This document shows positions 35,844 to 48,887 of a stretch of 64,000 nt of DNA, in pieces (within the stretch, counting starts at the first letter, position 1; every line of letters starts with the position of its first letter). The notes beneath the pieces were generated by a model. It was not told the DNA's origin. It saw only the letters and a program-made list of their open reading frames with translations, and did no database searches. Both the position numbers and the translations under genes were made by a program. Source of the stretch: Phoronis australis (taxonomy: Eukaryota > Animalia > Phoronida); NCBI GenBank assembly GCA_002633005.1, contig NMRA01000373.1:186001-250000 (forward strand), read 5' to 3'.

Positions 35844-36006
35844 TTCGGATAGTCTGGACTATTTCTGTTGTTGTGTTTTGAGGATAAATCGCGGATATTT
35901 AATACAAACGCTTAGACAGAAAACAAACAAGATAAGCTTCAGGAGTGTCAGTAACGTTTCCAGAATGAAAACAGCACGAAATATGTTTGATGGATATAAT
36001 TTTCGA

Positions 36007-36012
36007 AATAAA
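36007..36012 (+). promoter_or_regulatory. Candidate polyadenylation signal of the noggin-like gene
   Basis: First AATAAA ~165 nt after the stop codon. Confidence 0.35.
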
Positions 36013-37505
36013 AGTATGACTTCAGTTCTGTTCTAACGCAAAAATAACTTGGAAATTAATTCAACAGGTTGAATTTTCTACCTGTTCGTTTCTGGAACAA
36101 ATACTTATTGTTTAGTGTGTACGTGTAATTACATAACAAGCATCTAGGACTACATGTGTTTGAAAGATTTTTGAATACGGTCACTTTGAAAACATCATTT
36201 CGGTCACTAGCTGAAATTATATTCTGACATCGAAACCCCATACTCGCTTTGCGCTTTCCAGAACTAGAACCGAAGCCGACTGTTATTAATTCAATGCACC
36301 GATATGCCAATAGTTAGATTTAACAAAACTTAAAATTTAATCTGTGGAATTTCAAAGTGGTGGAACATGATTATCTGTATTTGATAGTTTGTCATTTTGA
36401 AAATGCATGTCTTCAGAAACGCACCGTTTCAATGCAATGTTTCTTACTCTGTAATAACATCTCAATAACCTAAATTTAAATCCCTACGTTTCAAATATCC
36501 CTTTTCAATCAAGTTTATTTCCCAATCACCATTTTATTGATAGTTTTGGTAGCGCAGGTACAAAGTCTTGAGACTTATGTTCAAAAGGTGAACGCTTCTG
36601 GAAATTGCCATTCTCATTCCAGTGAACACGCGCGAAACACACGCACTGTTTTATCATGAGCCAACAAACTGTAATGTAAATCATAGATACGATTATGCAA
36701 TCTTTGAAACAAAGTGGGAAATTAGCTTTGGTATACGCCAGTTGCACGAATTCGCCATTATGCTTGAAAACGAGGTGTTGTGTCCAAACTACAATGGTTC
36801 TGCATGCTTGAAACACCCACGGTTTCACGTTTGCGTTGTTAAAATTGATGTTAAAATGAGGCATTGTGTCCTAAACAACAATGCACAACAATCATTTTTG
36901 TAGCGCCACCAAAGTGAGCATGTAGTGAATATTTTGATTTTGACCATTTACGGCCCTTAAATTGTCTCAGCTTGTCCCATGCCCACGTTAGAGGGTGGTA
37001 TCTAGAATTTAGGAAAAGAGCTGACAGTACATTTCGTGATTGATTGAGACCTGTCACGGGGAGTCATTTTATACGCGAAGCATGGTCTCAAACAGTAACG
37101 AACTGTGGGTTCTTTGAAATACCAGAAACCACCGCTCATCTGAACAAGCACCAAGTTGAGAAAAAATTTCTTACTAACTGCCAGTAGCACAAAGGGTCGT
37201 TGTAGCTGTCAATGGTCTGGCTTAAAGGGGCATTCTTGGTGAGAAAAGTAATTTTTCAAAAACATAAAGTAACGCGGAATAGAACCCACTAGTTTTTGTA
37301 ATTGCAACCCAATATGGAATCTTTAGCTTATCAATTGTTGACACGTTCAGGCTATATTCGTTGGCGCGTTAATCCAGGCCCACATGTATTGAATAACGCG
37401 TTGATTTGGTGCGTAGATGTGTGTGACGTTTCGCTTGTCTGATCTTAGATGAATTTATAGTAATTGGCAGTGCTTCAATTCGAAACTTTCCACCTTTTCA
37501 TACTG

Positions 37506-37692
37506 CATGCGCGCACCCAGCCTTCAATATGGGAAGGCCCGAATTCTTGCCGTTGTGGACCTTTCGGTAACAAAGAGGCGGCCGCACTAAAAAAAAAACA
37601 AAAAAAAAACGGGGGCACCACTGCGCGTTTGTGCTTCTTTAACGGGGGGGNNNNNNNNNNNNNCCCCCCGAGCCCCCCTGGGTGCGCGCATA
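37506..37692 (-). mobile_element. MITE family A copy (reverse orientation, contains an N gap)
   Basis: TIR catgcgcgcacccag/ctgggtgcgcgcata; perfect TSD tactg. Confidence 0.88.
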
Positions 37693-38382
37693 TACTGATG
37701 TGATTTATTTTGCGTATTGTTACTGGTTATAATTTATATATTTTAATGATTACCCAAATCAGCCATTGAAGCCTACCTTCAACGGTTACACAAGCAAATT
37801 TGGTTTCTAGAGTATGTATCGCTCTGAGCCCACCATTGCCTTAAATTGACCTAATGTATCTCCCGGATTTTCAGTGACGGCTTAACCGACCAATTAGAAC
37901 TCAGCATTCTTGACATACCGTCGTTTCCAAGCCGCCATTTTACCCGACAAACAAGCCGTTATCAGGCAGAACTTATTTTTTATTTGTAGACAATTCACAA
38001 GGGGGCAGAGCTTGTGATAGGTCAATTGCCAAATGTAATGAACTGTTCGACTTATTAGTGTGCTTCTGTCTACGTCACCGCGAGAATTACCTTTTAATTC
38101 AAACAGCTGTGAATGACACCCGCACGTATTGGTGTTCTATTCAGACCCATATTCAATATGGGTCGGTTGTATTGGCAATACAACTTTTTTCGGCCATTGT
38201 GTTTGTCCTGAGATCTCTTGGTGACGCAATATGGCGCGAAAAGGCAACTCCACCCATCATTTAACGGCCTACATTTGAGTAATAAAACTCGCGCATTGTC
38301 ATTTTGCTAAAGCTTTGCTACATGTATGTCTATCTGGTACGATACATCTAGAAAACTCCGTTGAAGCTTTAAATTCAAAATC

Positions 38383-40025
38383 TTCCATATCAACGATAGT
38401 GAACTATCATACCGTGCACAGCGATTATAGATTCTGCGTACACTCGATCCCTGTTGGATATTGTCAGGACACCAGTTGATTGTTTCGGAAAGGAAATGCC
38501 AAACTTGTGAAAGCAGTCACCACACCATTAACAGGTCAGTCCCACTCGGCCACTGGGTCGTCTGAGATCATTTAGGTGCATCATTTGTGTCAACTTCCTC
38601 ACGGCAATATGCCAACAAGACAGCAGGACAACAACAGTTTCTGAATATTCACGCATAAATGAAAGGGTCAAGTTGCCGGATGTGTACAAGTCTAAATAAT
38701 CAACCCGATCTTAGACTCCGTGACCTACCAGCCATGATCATGTCACATCGTGAACACCCCGGCCAACCCGCGATCGAGAACGACCGGAAGGCGATCGAGA
38801 ACGAAATTTGGCGCGAGAAGCGAAGCCAGAAAATGTAAGTAAATTTGATGAATTTTTGGTTGTTTTGAGCTTCAATACGAAAACAGAGACATGAGTTCAA
38901 GGCGTAACACATTGAGGAAGGCCAGGTAGATGTTTAGGCTTGTGTCTCGTCCAAATATTGGAGAAAAGTTACGTTAACCGATGCATCGCTTGAGCCGAAG
39001 GTGATTTGTATGTCATTTTTGCAGATTTTGGTTATTTTTGGTTCTATATCAATATATTAATCATGAAGTTATGAAGAAATGACGTATGAAAATGTAACCC
39101 AACGCCTGTTTTCCGTAGCATTGTCAGGATCTCTGATTTATGAACCTTTTTCTGNCCTGTACACCTTAACATGCTAACGCATTAACATGTAAGACCGTTC
39201 AGGTTAACAACTGAATTCCAAATCCCCGGTTTGCTGCTAAGTCAAATTCTGCGCGTTAACCAGCATAGTTACGGAATTCCAATTTTGGCAGTTGTTAACG
39301 CGTACCCTTTTACACGTATTTAATCAAAACCTGCTAGTTATGAATAACGCGCTCTGTAGGTGTAGGTAGAGTGTCTCGTTTCTGTCCTTAGATTTTCTGT
39401 TGTTAGGTATGCTCCCGATCTAAACTTTTGACTTTTTTAGACTCTGATGTTGTGATGTGTTTACATGCTGTTATTCGTTGTTATTTATACACGGTAATAG
39501 TTAACCAAATCAGTGATTAAATTCAATATCTGCCAAATCAACGATAGTGAACATACAAACACGCTGGAAATGTCTGTGCATTCTGGGTACATCCCTGTTA
39601 GTCGCAGTTTATCTGGCCACCAGTTTCCTACGATTGTTTCAAACTGTCAAACAGGTTGAAAACAGTTTCTGAAACTGTCTGCTCACCACATCATTAACTG
39701 GTCTGTATCACTCAGCCACTGGGTTCGTCTCTGGGGCACTTCTAGTTGCGTTATTTCTATGAACTTCCTCACGACAATGTATCATCAAGAAAGTAACGGA
39801 TCCTGTGGCGGATCCAGGATTTTGAGTTGGGGGGGCAGGGCACGGGAATCCAGAGTTTCGGTAGATGCGCGCGCCCAGCCTAAAATGTGGGGACGTAGAA
39901 GGCTCAAATGTTTGGGGTTGCGGTAAACGGGGTTTGTTCAGTAAATTCAGGGGGGGGGCATGGCCCCTTGTCCACCCTAAATCCGCCACTGGGATCCCTC
40001 TGCTTTTGTCAGTTTCTGAAAACTA
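38383..40025 (+). repeat. Diverged local duplication (38383-38650 vs 39527-40025)
   Basis: Shared atcaacgatagtgaac, atccctgtt, caccattaac, gccactgggt, aacttcctcacg and cagtttctgaa; the second copy carries a MITE. Confidence 0.65.
39803..39991 (+). mobile_element. MITE (c[a/t]gtggcggat...atccgccactg), 5-bp TSD ggatc, containing a family A-like segment
   Basis: TIR and perfect TSD visible; internal atgcgcgcgcccagcctaaaat resembles the family A end. Confidence 0.8.
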
Positions 40026-40067
40026 TTATTAATCCAAAACGAGCATTGCAATTTACTTCATTCAGTA

Positions 40068-40109
40068 AATGAATGATGAATGAATGAATGAATGAATGAA
40101 TGAATGAAT
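40068..40109 (+). repeat. (GAAT)n microsatellite
   Basis: Direct observation. Confidence 0.9.
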
Positions 40110-43100
40110 GTCTTTTTGAATATGTACTTAAAGTATTGTACATAAACGGGCTTGTCGTATTAGCCGGTAGTTTTATAATGTAAACTGGTATTTGCAACGA
40201 GTGGCTTTTTCACCATTCGTTAATTCTCTACAAAACAAAGAAATTTGAACAGTATTTGGGAGAAAAACGAAACAGCCGCAAAGAGCATACTATTAGACAT
40301 TTAAAACTTTCCCGTATGCGGTTACACTTTTGCGACTCAGTCATAAATATAGTTGAATCTGAACACGAGGAAAATCACATCTTAGTGACATTTAGGTATC
40401 TCTAAAACGTAAACAGTTTTAAGGTCATTAAAACAAAAAAATCCCATGAAAAACATTTGATTTCTCCATCGTGTGAGATCACTCGTTACTTGTGTGACAT
40501 GGAATTTCCCGGCAGGTAGAAAGTTCAACTGTTTTCACGTTTCATCCGTGAGCGATTGTTTTATTCGACTTCGTCGGCAAATGAAAAGGGTAACCAGTTG
40601 GCAAATAAAACGTGGCGAGACTGGCGACTATTGAGATATCAACAATAAACAAGCTTTACAAAACCAAATAAAACCAAGGAATGACCACCCATTCGCTGGC
40701 TTACGTTCTCAAAAACTCTATTCTGTGCGATCTATATCTTCATTCACTTTTCAAGAAAAACGCACCAAGCCAGACATTTTTACACTCGATATTTTAGTTT
40801 GTATTAAACTTCAGAGATAGCGAATATTCCAGTGAGCTGAAGATCTGAGATCCGTTCAAGATTAGCAAACTCTTCAAATCTTAGACATTACTCCCAGGAA
40901 ATGGCTTACCAATTCAATCGAGCACTTTTTCCCATTTGAATCACCTATATTGAAATTGTACAAAGACTAAATAGTCCACTTATTAACACGAACCGAATGA
41001 ATATCTTACTGAATATGACTCGATTACGAAACCGAACTAATTTGAATTCATCACTCTGACTCACACTCTTGAATCAGTCGCTTTTGTCCCCCCAGGATCT
41101 AATCGAAGATCATGAATTATACGCCGTTCTGAACGCTTTCGTCTGCTCTTACATGTATGGGAACTTCAATGCAAGCCAGGTGAACATATACGTGTAGTGA
41201 AAATGACCGATTCGAGATTATGAGAGCAAGGAACTTGAGTTGATTTGGAATAATAATGGAGTTGTTTTCAACACAAACAAATATGCTCTGCATAGTGTCA
41301 TATGACACCCACTTCCTGTTTATATGACCGAATATTTCAAATTACAGACTGAATTTTCATACTTGTTAAACATGGGTAAGAAAAGTACTTCAACTGGCGT
41401 TATTGCGACAACTAAATTATTTGTAGTTCAGAAGTACAAACAGCTTTTTGTACAAAAAAATACTGCGATGCGTTTGAATTCTCGGAATGAGCTTCAGCGG
41501 TTAAGAGTGATTCCTGGATGTTTCTGAGAGGATTCTGATGGCTAAACTGTATTGTTCTCATTGAAACTTCCTTCCGAACTCTACATCTATCTAAATGGTT
41601 GTTTAAACTATCTGAAATAAACTCGATCACAGCTGGTTTTTCACCATTGCTTTCAGCAACTCATTTGGCAGCGGGATTAATGCGAATTGAATCGCCCTTG
41701 TACGTGCATGTTATCAAGTCAATTATAAAGACGTTTTTCATTCTTGCAGAATGTTTTTTCCAAGTAGTACCAGGCCATCCGAACCACACGGTGACCGAAC
41801 TCATGATATGCATGCAGCACTCACTTGATGCTGTCCAATTTAGACACCTGTGCCTAGTTGCATGAAACAGTCCCAAATAAGGACTCAACAACGTTCCCTA
41901 AATCTTTTTCGTAATTTGTTTCGTTCATTAGGCACAGATGTAATATTTTCCTATCATTTTATCTTTATTATGAGCTCTTCTTTGACGAATGGCATTTTCT
42001 AATAACATAACTAAAAATTGAACCCTTAATTCAATCAAAATATTTAAGGACTTATTGCTTATCTTGGGTGGGGCGTTGCATGAAAAGATCGTTTCAATAA
42101 TATTGAGAATTCAATCTAGAGTTCACTCTTGATTTGTATCAAAGCCATAACTTGGCACAGTAATGATACTCAAACAGCATAAGATAGGACAATCGATCAG
42201 TGTTTTCACAAGCTCGCAAATATGCAGTAGATTTGGGGAACTTACATGTAGCTGGGTCCCTATTTGGGATTGTTTCATGCAACCGGGCACTGATCTACCG
42301 TCTGAGAAAATCACTTACAAACGCTAATCTAATCTACTTTCTTATTGTCCGGCCCCATTCCAGACTGTCAACACGCTTGGAGGAACTTTTAATCTACTTT
42401 TGCTTCTAAAAATAATCGCAGTGATTGCTCAACATATATCGCTTGTTATAACTCAAATGTCTTTGCTGTTGCAGCCCTTCATGAGTGTCCTGATCTTGGT
42501 GTGAACTCTTAATTGTTTTTACTTCATTGATGGTAATATTCTGGAGATACGCTGTTTGATCGATAGATACTAAACCTATTTTTTGAATTACAAGCCGAAT
42601 GTAACTGCCGATCAATCCACTTTCCGAGTGAAGTATGTTTTCGTTTTGCCATACACCACTGCAGGCGAACAGCGGCTAACAAGCAAGACTTCGTGAGATT
42701 ACGTGAGATATTGCTGTGCATTTTAAATGAGAGCACGTGACTTTGAATAGGTTTTAGCTAGGTCCTAGCGTAGGTCCTAGCGTCTACTGAACGCGCGCCG
42801 GGTCTTAAGTTTTTAAGTGTAGGAAACAGTATAGGAGTCAGGATTTGATACTTGCAATCGGGAAGCTTCAGCTGTTTGTCTTGATTGAACCGTAACCGCT
42901 TGACTAGATGCGTCTCTACGGTGGAACCGAGATCGCATAACATATTGAAAAACAACGAAGTCACTATAATACCAGATTTATTTTGCTTACTGATTTGACG
43001 TTTAATGCGACTTCGGCTGAGTTCCGTAAACGCAAAAAAGCTCGCGAAGGAAACTTTTGTGCCTCCCTCGCTTGTAGCACATGGCGATTATTTCGCGTAA

Positions 43101-43202
43101 CATTTCAACAAGGTCCTCACGTCTACAGAACGCACACCTAGCTTTTTATAAATAGCAACGGCAAATGTTTTCGTATGTCATCTGACGCCATCTGGCGGTG
43201 GT

Positions 43203-46200
43203 TCAGCATCGTTTTTGGGGCCACCATTGGTACTTTCGAGTCCACTGTTGGTAACGAATACACTGCGACATTTGGTAGTCACATCGGCACTTCATCACTC
43301 GGCAATGTCTTTTCTTATTCCGTTGCGAGTAAGCAGATATTCGTTCTACAAGAGGATATAGAGGGAAAACTTGTGCTAAAAAGTACATCAAATCGTTTGC
43401 AGGAGCCACGGAATCAATTGCAGCCGCTACAATAATTTACTCACTGCAACATCGTGGATATGAGCAACATATATACATACAGACAACACTTATTCGCAGG
43501 AACATGGCTCGTCTGAGTGCGCATAAGCGGAATAAGGAAGGTTGAGATAGGAAGGTCAGACCTTTACCGACACCATCAAAATTATAAAACCCCGGAAATT
43601 TTACGTTCGAAAATAGTGCTTGGCCCAACTTACCGACAACCTAGACCAGAGTGAATGATTCTTGGTGCAGATTCAGTGGTCAGTGGCAAAATAAAACAGG
43701 ATTTCGTCCTATTTAGCTGGCTAAAAACGACAGCTCTTTTACTTTCATGAAGTCAAACCGTTGTTCATTCAAATGTTCTCGTCTTGACGTGAGCTGTTAA
43801 CTCAGCTCTCGTTCAATTGAGGCAGATAGGTGAGCTCAAAGCTCTACGTCTGTGGTGGCCTTTAAAGTCACTTAGGAAAACAGTTAAAAATTCCCTAAAT
43901 TCGGAACATCATATCTCAGGATTGGCTGATTGCATTCATATGAAACTTCCAAATACCAATTTTCATGCACTGAGATCCATAAGGATGGCAGGAATTTTTT
44001 AAATGTTCTATTTTCGCAAGAGGATCTATGAAATTTAGGACTTTTATGATTTCCATAAAACGAAAATAAAACGATACCTTAAAGAAAGGTAGCAGTGTTC
44101 TGAGATCTCATCTTGAACATTCACATAAGAAATTATCATAATATTGATATCGTTGTTTTGCTGTCAGTGTATGTTTCTTTTTTGTTAAATTTCAATAAGG
44201 TCACGTGATCCAATTAATGGTAGATTGGTAAAAAGTCAAAAATCAACTTTGATATTTATTCTACTTACAGAAAGTATACAGTGTATACTTTTACTCAGTT
44301 AAATTTATAGTTTTGAATGTATTTGGCTTTCGTCAGCTGTTACGCTGGTCTAAAGAAGTTGGTTTTTATCATAAGTTACGGTTAACCAAATCATAGTCTT
44401 CGAATGTTTAAGATTATGTAGGACCATAGAAAAAGTTCTAATTTGGTTAACTTGAGAACATCTTGTCTCAGAAATGGCTGATCGACGCGTCAAGGTATTG
44501 TTTCTAACATGTTCCACGCACGAGGGGCTACCAATATAGGATTTTTATTTAGTCAAAGTTTGCATAAAGCGAAAAGAAAATGATCATTTAGGAAAGGGTA
44601 GCAGCGTTTTTGAGAATTCATCCTGAACATTCAAATGAAATTTGGTCATGTTATTGATACCATTGTTTTGTTATGTACCTTTTTGCGAAACGTTACGAAA
44701 AAGACATAGCCACGTGACCAAAATTAATAGCAGATTGGTAAAAATCAAACAATCAAATTTTGCAGGCTTTCTACTTTCAAAAATATATACTTCTACGGAG
44801 TTAAAATGTATGCGTATTTGGATAAATGCACCAGTTGTCGATAAGGTCCAACACAACCTTTACTGCAACTTCGTTGAAAACACCTTAACTGTGGGAATAT
44901 TTCTTTGATGCTTTACCACTAACTGTCGTTGATGCAAAGTTTCTATGATGGAACAGACAGACCCTGAAAACAACTTACTGCACCCCATACGTCGCTCAAT
45001 GCAGGGATATGTCTTGTATCCAAGAAAGTACAATCTCCGCGAGGACATGCAACATCCGCGAGTGGCCAGAATCCTGTCGTAACAGCGGTCGTGTATTCTG
45101 CAGCAACTACAACGATGAATAGTAGAATTCCTCAAGACGTGTGGCAGGCGGAGCTGGCTCTTCGTATCCCCCAAATCAGTTACGCAAAAATACTCAGATA
45201 CCCTCAGGATCTGCAACTTTTAAACAGTCCGCTTTAAGACACGAAATTAGATTAGTGTTTACGTTAATACTTGCCAGGAAAGAAATGAACTTTTCCATCT
45301 AATCGCCCCCGATGACGAAAGAGTGATGCGTTTGCACGCACCGATACCAGCAGTGACAAGCCAATTTCCTACGCCTGGTCTCAAACGTTAAAGTTCTTTC
45401 AAATTTTGGTGGAGCCTAGAAATCACCTTTGAACTAACGGAGTGATAGCTTGAGAACAGTTTTGTATTTGTAAGTGGTTTAGTGTAAATGTTATTTTTGG
45501 ACCGCTCTGTCCTAGACATGAATATCACACATTGCAGAATATTTTAAAACAAAATCAAGACTATGTTAAGACTAACTTAACATAAAGAAAATGTCAATAA
45601 TTTTTGAGTCACTTTCAGTAACAATGTCGTGGGCTGAATGTGACGAATAACGTTTTCGCGGTACCTGTAAGGGAATAACACTTGAACATCCTCGTAACTA
45701 GTTTTTGCAACGGGCAGACGATAAAGTCGTGAGTGATAGGCCTTTGGGTTTGTCACCCAAGCTCCCTGACTCTCACCGACTTTCCCACTCTGGATAAACA
45801 GGTCCTGTCTCAGATAATGTATATCAGAGTCAAACTTGTCCGGCTCAAGTGAGGTTAACCTTTGAATTGTTCATGGAAAATTGGTTCCAGTGAGCTGAAC
45901 TCACCTGGTTGGCGGGAGCCATTTTATATCTGTAGGTGCGTTCGTTCCTGTCGTACCTCTTGACTCAGTACACGCACACTAAAAGACCATTACAATGGTC
46001 TTGGTATTAGGAACGAAACGAAAAATCATTTTCAGATGCTGTTACTGTTCTAGGGCTCAAGAGGTAAGTCAGAACTCCAGAGAAATTGTACTCTGCATCT
46101 TACTTGTCAAATCCATCCACAGCGCGCCCCCTTCCGCCAACCCCACAGTAACATCCGTAAAACAGGAGTTTCAAAACAGTCATGTCAGGTCGGGCACACT

Positions 46201-46260
46201 TCAGAAGCCGCACGAGCTTGATCGCTGAACGTTTGGATGCGTCTAGTGCGTTGTCATCAT
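43203..46260 (-). CDS. Secreted phospholipase A2, group I-type, copy 1 (exons 46260-46104, 45106-44979, 43345-43203; signal-peptide exon not located)
   Basis: Joined: [141 protein letters not shown]. Ca2+ loop YGCYCG.GG.G, catalytic CC..HD.CY, C.CD Asp99; canonical splice sites in phase. Confidence 0.93.
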
Positions 46261-46469
46261 CTAAACCAGTAACAGTAAAACTAGTTATACAAGAGGAAAA
46301 CCTTCTTTAAGAAGCCAGTAACTAACAATTTTACACCTTAGCATTTCCCAAGTACCAAAAAAATCCGATAAAACGTCCAATTTTTCAAACATGGGACACT
46401 GTTTAAAACGAGCTAATGGACCACTTGTGTAGCACTCAACGCAACCTATTGTTTGGTTTGCAAGTTTAA

Positions 46470-47064
46470 AGGACATTACCGGTTTCATTACGGCCAAAAG
46501 ATGCAGCAAAGGATGTACTGGCCATTCACAAACGTGATTTTGTTTTTCTTTCAACAAATGCCGTTTTTATTTTTCGCGAAAAGTGTTTGGGAAACAAGTG
46601 GTGCATAAACGTTTCTAGCCACGAACTGATAATAATAATGTAATAATTTTCAATATTCACTGACCCGTGCATCTCTTAGAGTCGCATGTATCGATAGGTG
46701 AATACGTCTCCAACGAGAGAAATGATCCACGCGAAAATTTCAGTTTGAAATAATAAAGTAAATTAAAGAAATTAGCCCGGAATCGATTCTACTACCTCCG
46801 CAGTAGCCGCCGATCGCTCTATTGCTGAGTCAAACTACCCAGCAGAGTATTTTAACCGTATTTGAATGGTTAAGACAACCACCTTGATTTCAGCGAAAGT
46901 CTGGCAGACAACGGCGATAATTGGGAATTTGTAATAAAATCACAAAAAAACAACGGATTTTGTTGTTTTATACCTCTGGTCAAAGCTAATGATTTCAAGA
47001 AGTCTATCCGATTGAAAAAAATCCCAAAGTTGCATTTTCCTTTCGCAAAAACGTCGATGTCCCT
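46470..47064. mobile_element. Kolobok-like non-autonomous element (TTAA-AGG...CCT-TTAA) in the PLA2 upstream intron; paralog at 63050-63714
   Basis: ttaa|aggacat ... atgtccct|ttaa; present in both duplicates. Confidence 0.55.
46774..46840 (-). mobile_element. tRNA-derived SINE-like head (paralog ~63411-63478)
   Basis: A-box-like TGACTCAGC(AA/GG)TA(G/A)AGCG and B-box-like GAATCGATTCC; no complete cloverleaf. Confidence 0.35.
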
Positions 47065-48144
47065 TTAACAGCCCAAAAATATGATGGTGCTGTTCCAGGT
47101 GGTGCCCCGTTACAATAAAAGTAAATTAAGGGAAGAAGTAAATGAATTCAATAAGGATGTTTAAGACATCATTTGTAGCATGACGTCAAACGACCTGACA
47201 CAGAAATTTCAACTTGACTGTAATTTCGCATAGAATATAACGTTAAAGCTGAAACTTATCTGAAATTATCTTAAACAATCCGTCGCCTACTAAGCAGGTA
47301 CTGAGTGTCATCTGGGCCCGGCTGCATAAACATTATTCACTGGACAGCTATAATCACGTCTTAATTACACGTGACGTTGCTATTAGTTGAACAATGTACT
47401 TGGCGTGATACAAAAATAAAACTTATCTAGCGCGCAAGATTTTGCCAGAAGTTTTATGCAACCAAGACTAGTACCACAGGAGAGCAAGATGCTCTTATGT
47501 AAACTGGCATATGACTGGTCACAGAAATGACGTCAAGTAACTCGATTATGTTTAGTAACCTAGCAAGGTGACACCTACATGTACTACCACAATACGTCTC
47601 CTTCACTTTTAATGTTCTCCCAGTAACAACAACACAGTGACAATCTCACTCTTATATAGATGGTTGTGTAGTCGTATTTTGCATTTGATGACTCCACCAT
47701 TGAAGCTTGAGTCAAAACTCGAAATTTATAGTTTGTAGCTCGAATCTCAGAGCCATCAAGTGCGAATTTAGACTATGCACTCATTTGAGAAATCCGAAAT
47801 ATACTCGAGTAGAGAATAACAGATAATTACCTTGAGTTCATTTTAAAGGAGAAAAGAAAACATCAAAGATATCTTCAAGGTCGTTTTCGAGTAAAAAGTT
47901 TAGACTCCTGGCCCTAGCATGGTATTCAACTCACGTGACTTTCCAAGTAAGGAAGTCAACCAGGAACTCAACTGTATTTTAGGCTTGCACGAAGCCAACT
48001 GCTCGATGGAGGCTGGAACGATGCGTTAGGAAACCCGGCTCAGAAGTTTATGAACGGAATTTTGTGTGTTGAGAACTATTGTGGTTTGAAAGCATACGCT
48101 GTGACTCGAATAGCATTTTTTTTCTCAAAAATAAAAAAACAACA

Positions 48145-48887
48145 TAAATACACAAAACGTACCGAGAGTGGTGTACATGAAGTAATATCCCTCGAGATAT
48201 TATTCCACGTATCGACCGATAGGCGGAATAAGGTCGAGTGGGATATTACTTCCTGTACGCCAATCGAGGTACGTTTTGTATTTATCCCATGCGCTTCGAA
48301 TCCCTACGTTTCTTACATTTTTTCGGCAGATTTTTCAAATACTTCACCAAGGCTGTTCACATGGCGGATCACATCCTATATGTATGTACTTGCGCGTTAG
48401 GTTGCAAGTTTTCTCTTGTAAAAGAAACAGTTTTAAAAGTAACGATTTATTTCTTGAAAAGAGGTAGCAAAGATGAAAACAACGGCAACAGTGCGGTGAA
48501 CTTGTAACATCTCCTGGCAATAGTTAAAAAACAACAATATTTTATATTTTAATTTCCTAGGAATCGGCGCCTGAGTTGCAGACGATATAGTATTCAGCAA
48601 TTGAAAACTGAGACATGAGTGTTTTATAATTAACAGTTTTGTTCCAGATTTTACGTTTAGGGCCTGGTTGCATGTCGAGTGTTAGTTGCACTGCTGCAAC
48701 TGTATTTCTTTAAGCTATATTAGGAAAGTTTGATGATCGAACCGGCTAAAGACGTCGAGCCGACATTGACCTACCTTTTGAACTTTCCATGTCAGAGGTC
48801 GCTGTTGAAGTAGTGCGGGAGGTGAATACGAAAAACTTTACTACATGGCCGTATTTCCCTCGACAGATTCAACGCGCATGGGATAAA
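48145..48887 (+). mobile_element. Non-autonomous element with a ~140-bp terminal palindrome and offset inverted repeat (Crypton-type architecture, inferred)
   Basis: Hairpin acaaaacgtacc...gaagtaatatcc...ggatattacttc...ggtacgttttgt (48145-48284); IR ttatcccatgcgc (48282) / gcgcatgggataa (48874-48886); second copy at 1494-1750. Confidence 0.65.

Larger units (their letters stand above)
42443..47128 (+). repeat. Segmental duplication unit 1 (paralog 59056-63780) carrying the PLA2 gene
   Basis: Colinear similarity over exons, introns and 3' flank, with local indels. Confidence 0.9.

Noticed and set aside
46774-46840. tRNA gene
   Set aside because: Only degenerate A/B boxes and no full cloverleaf; treated as SINE-like.
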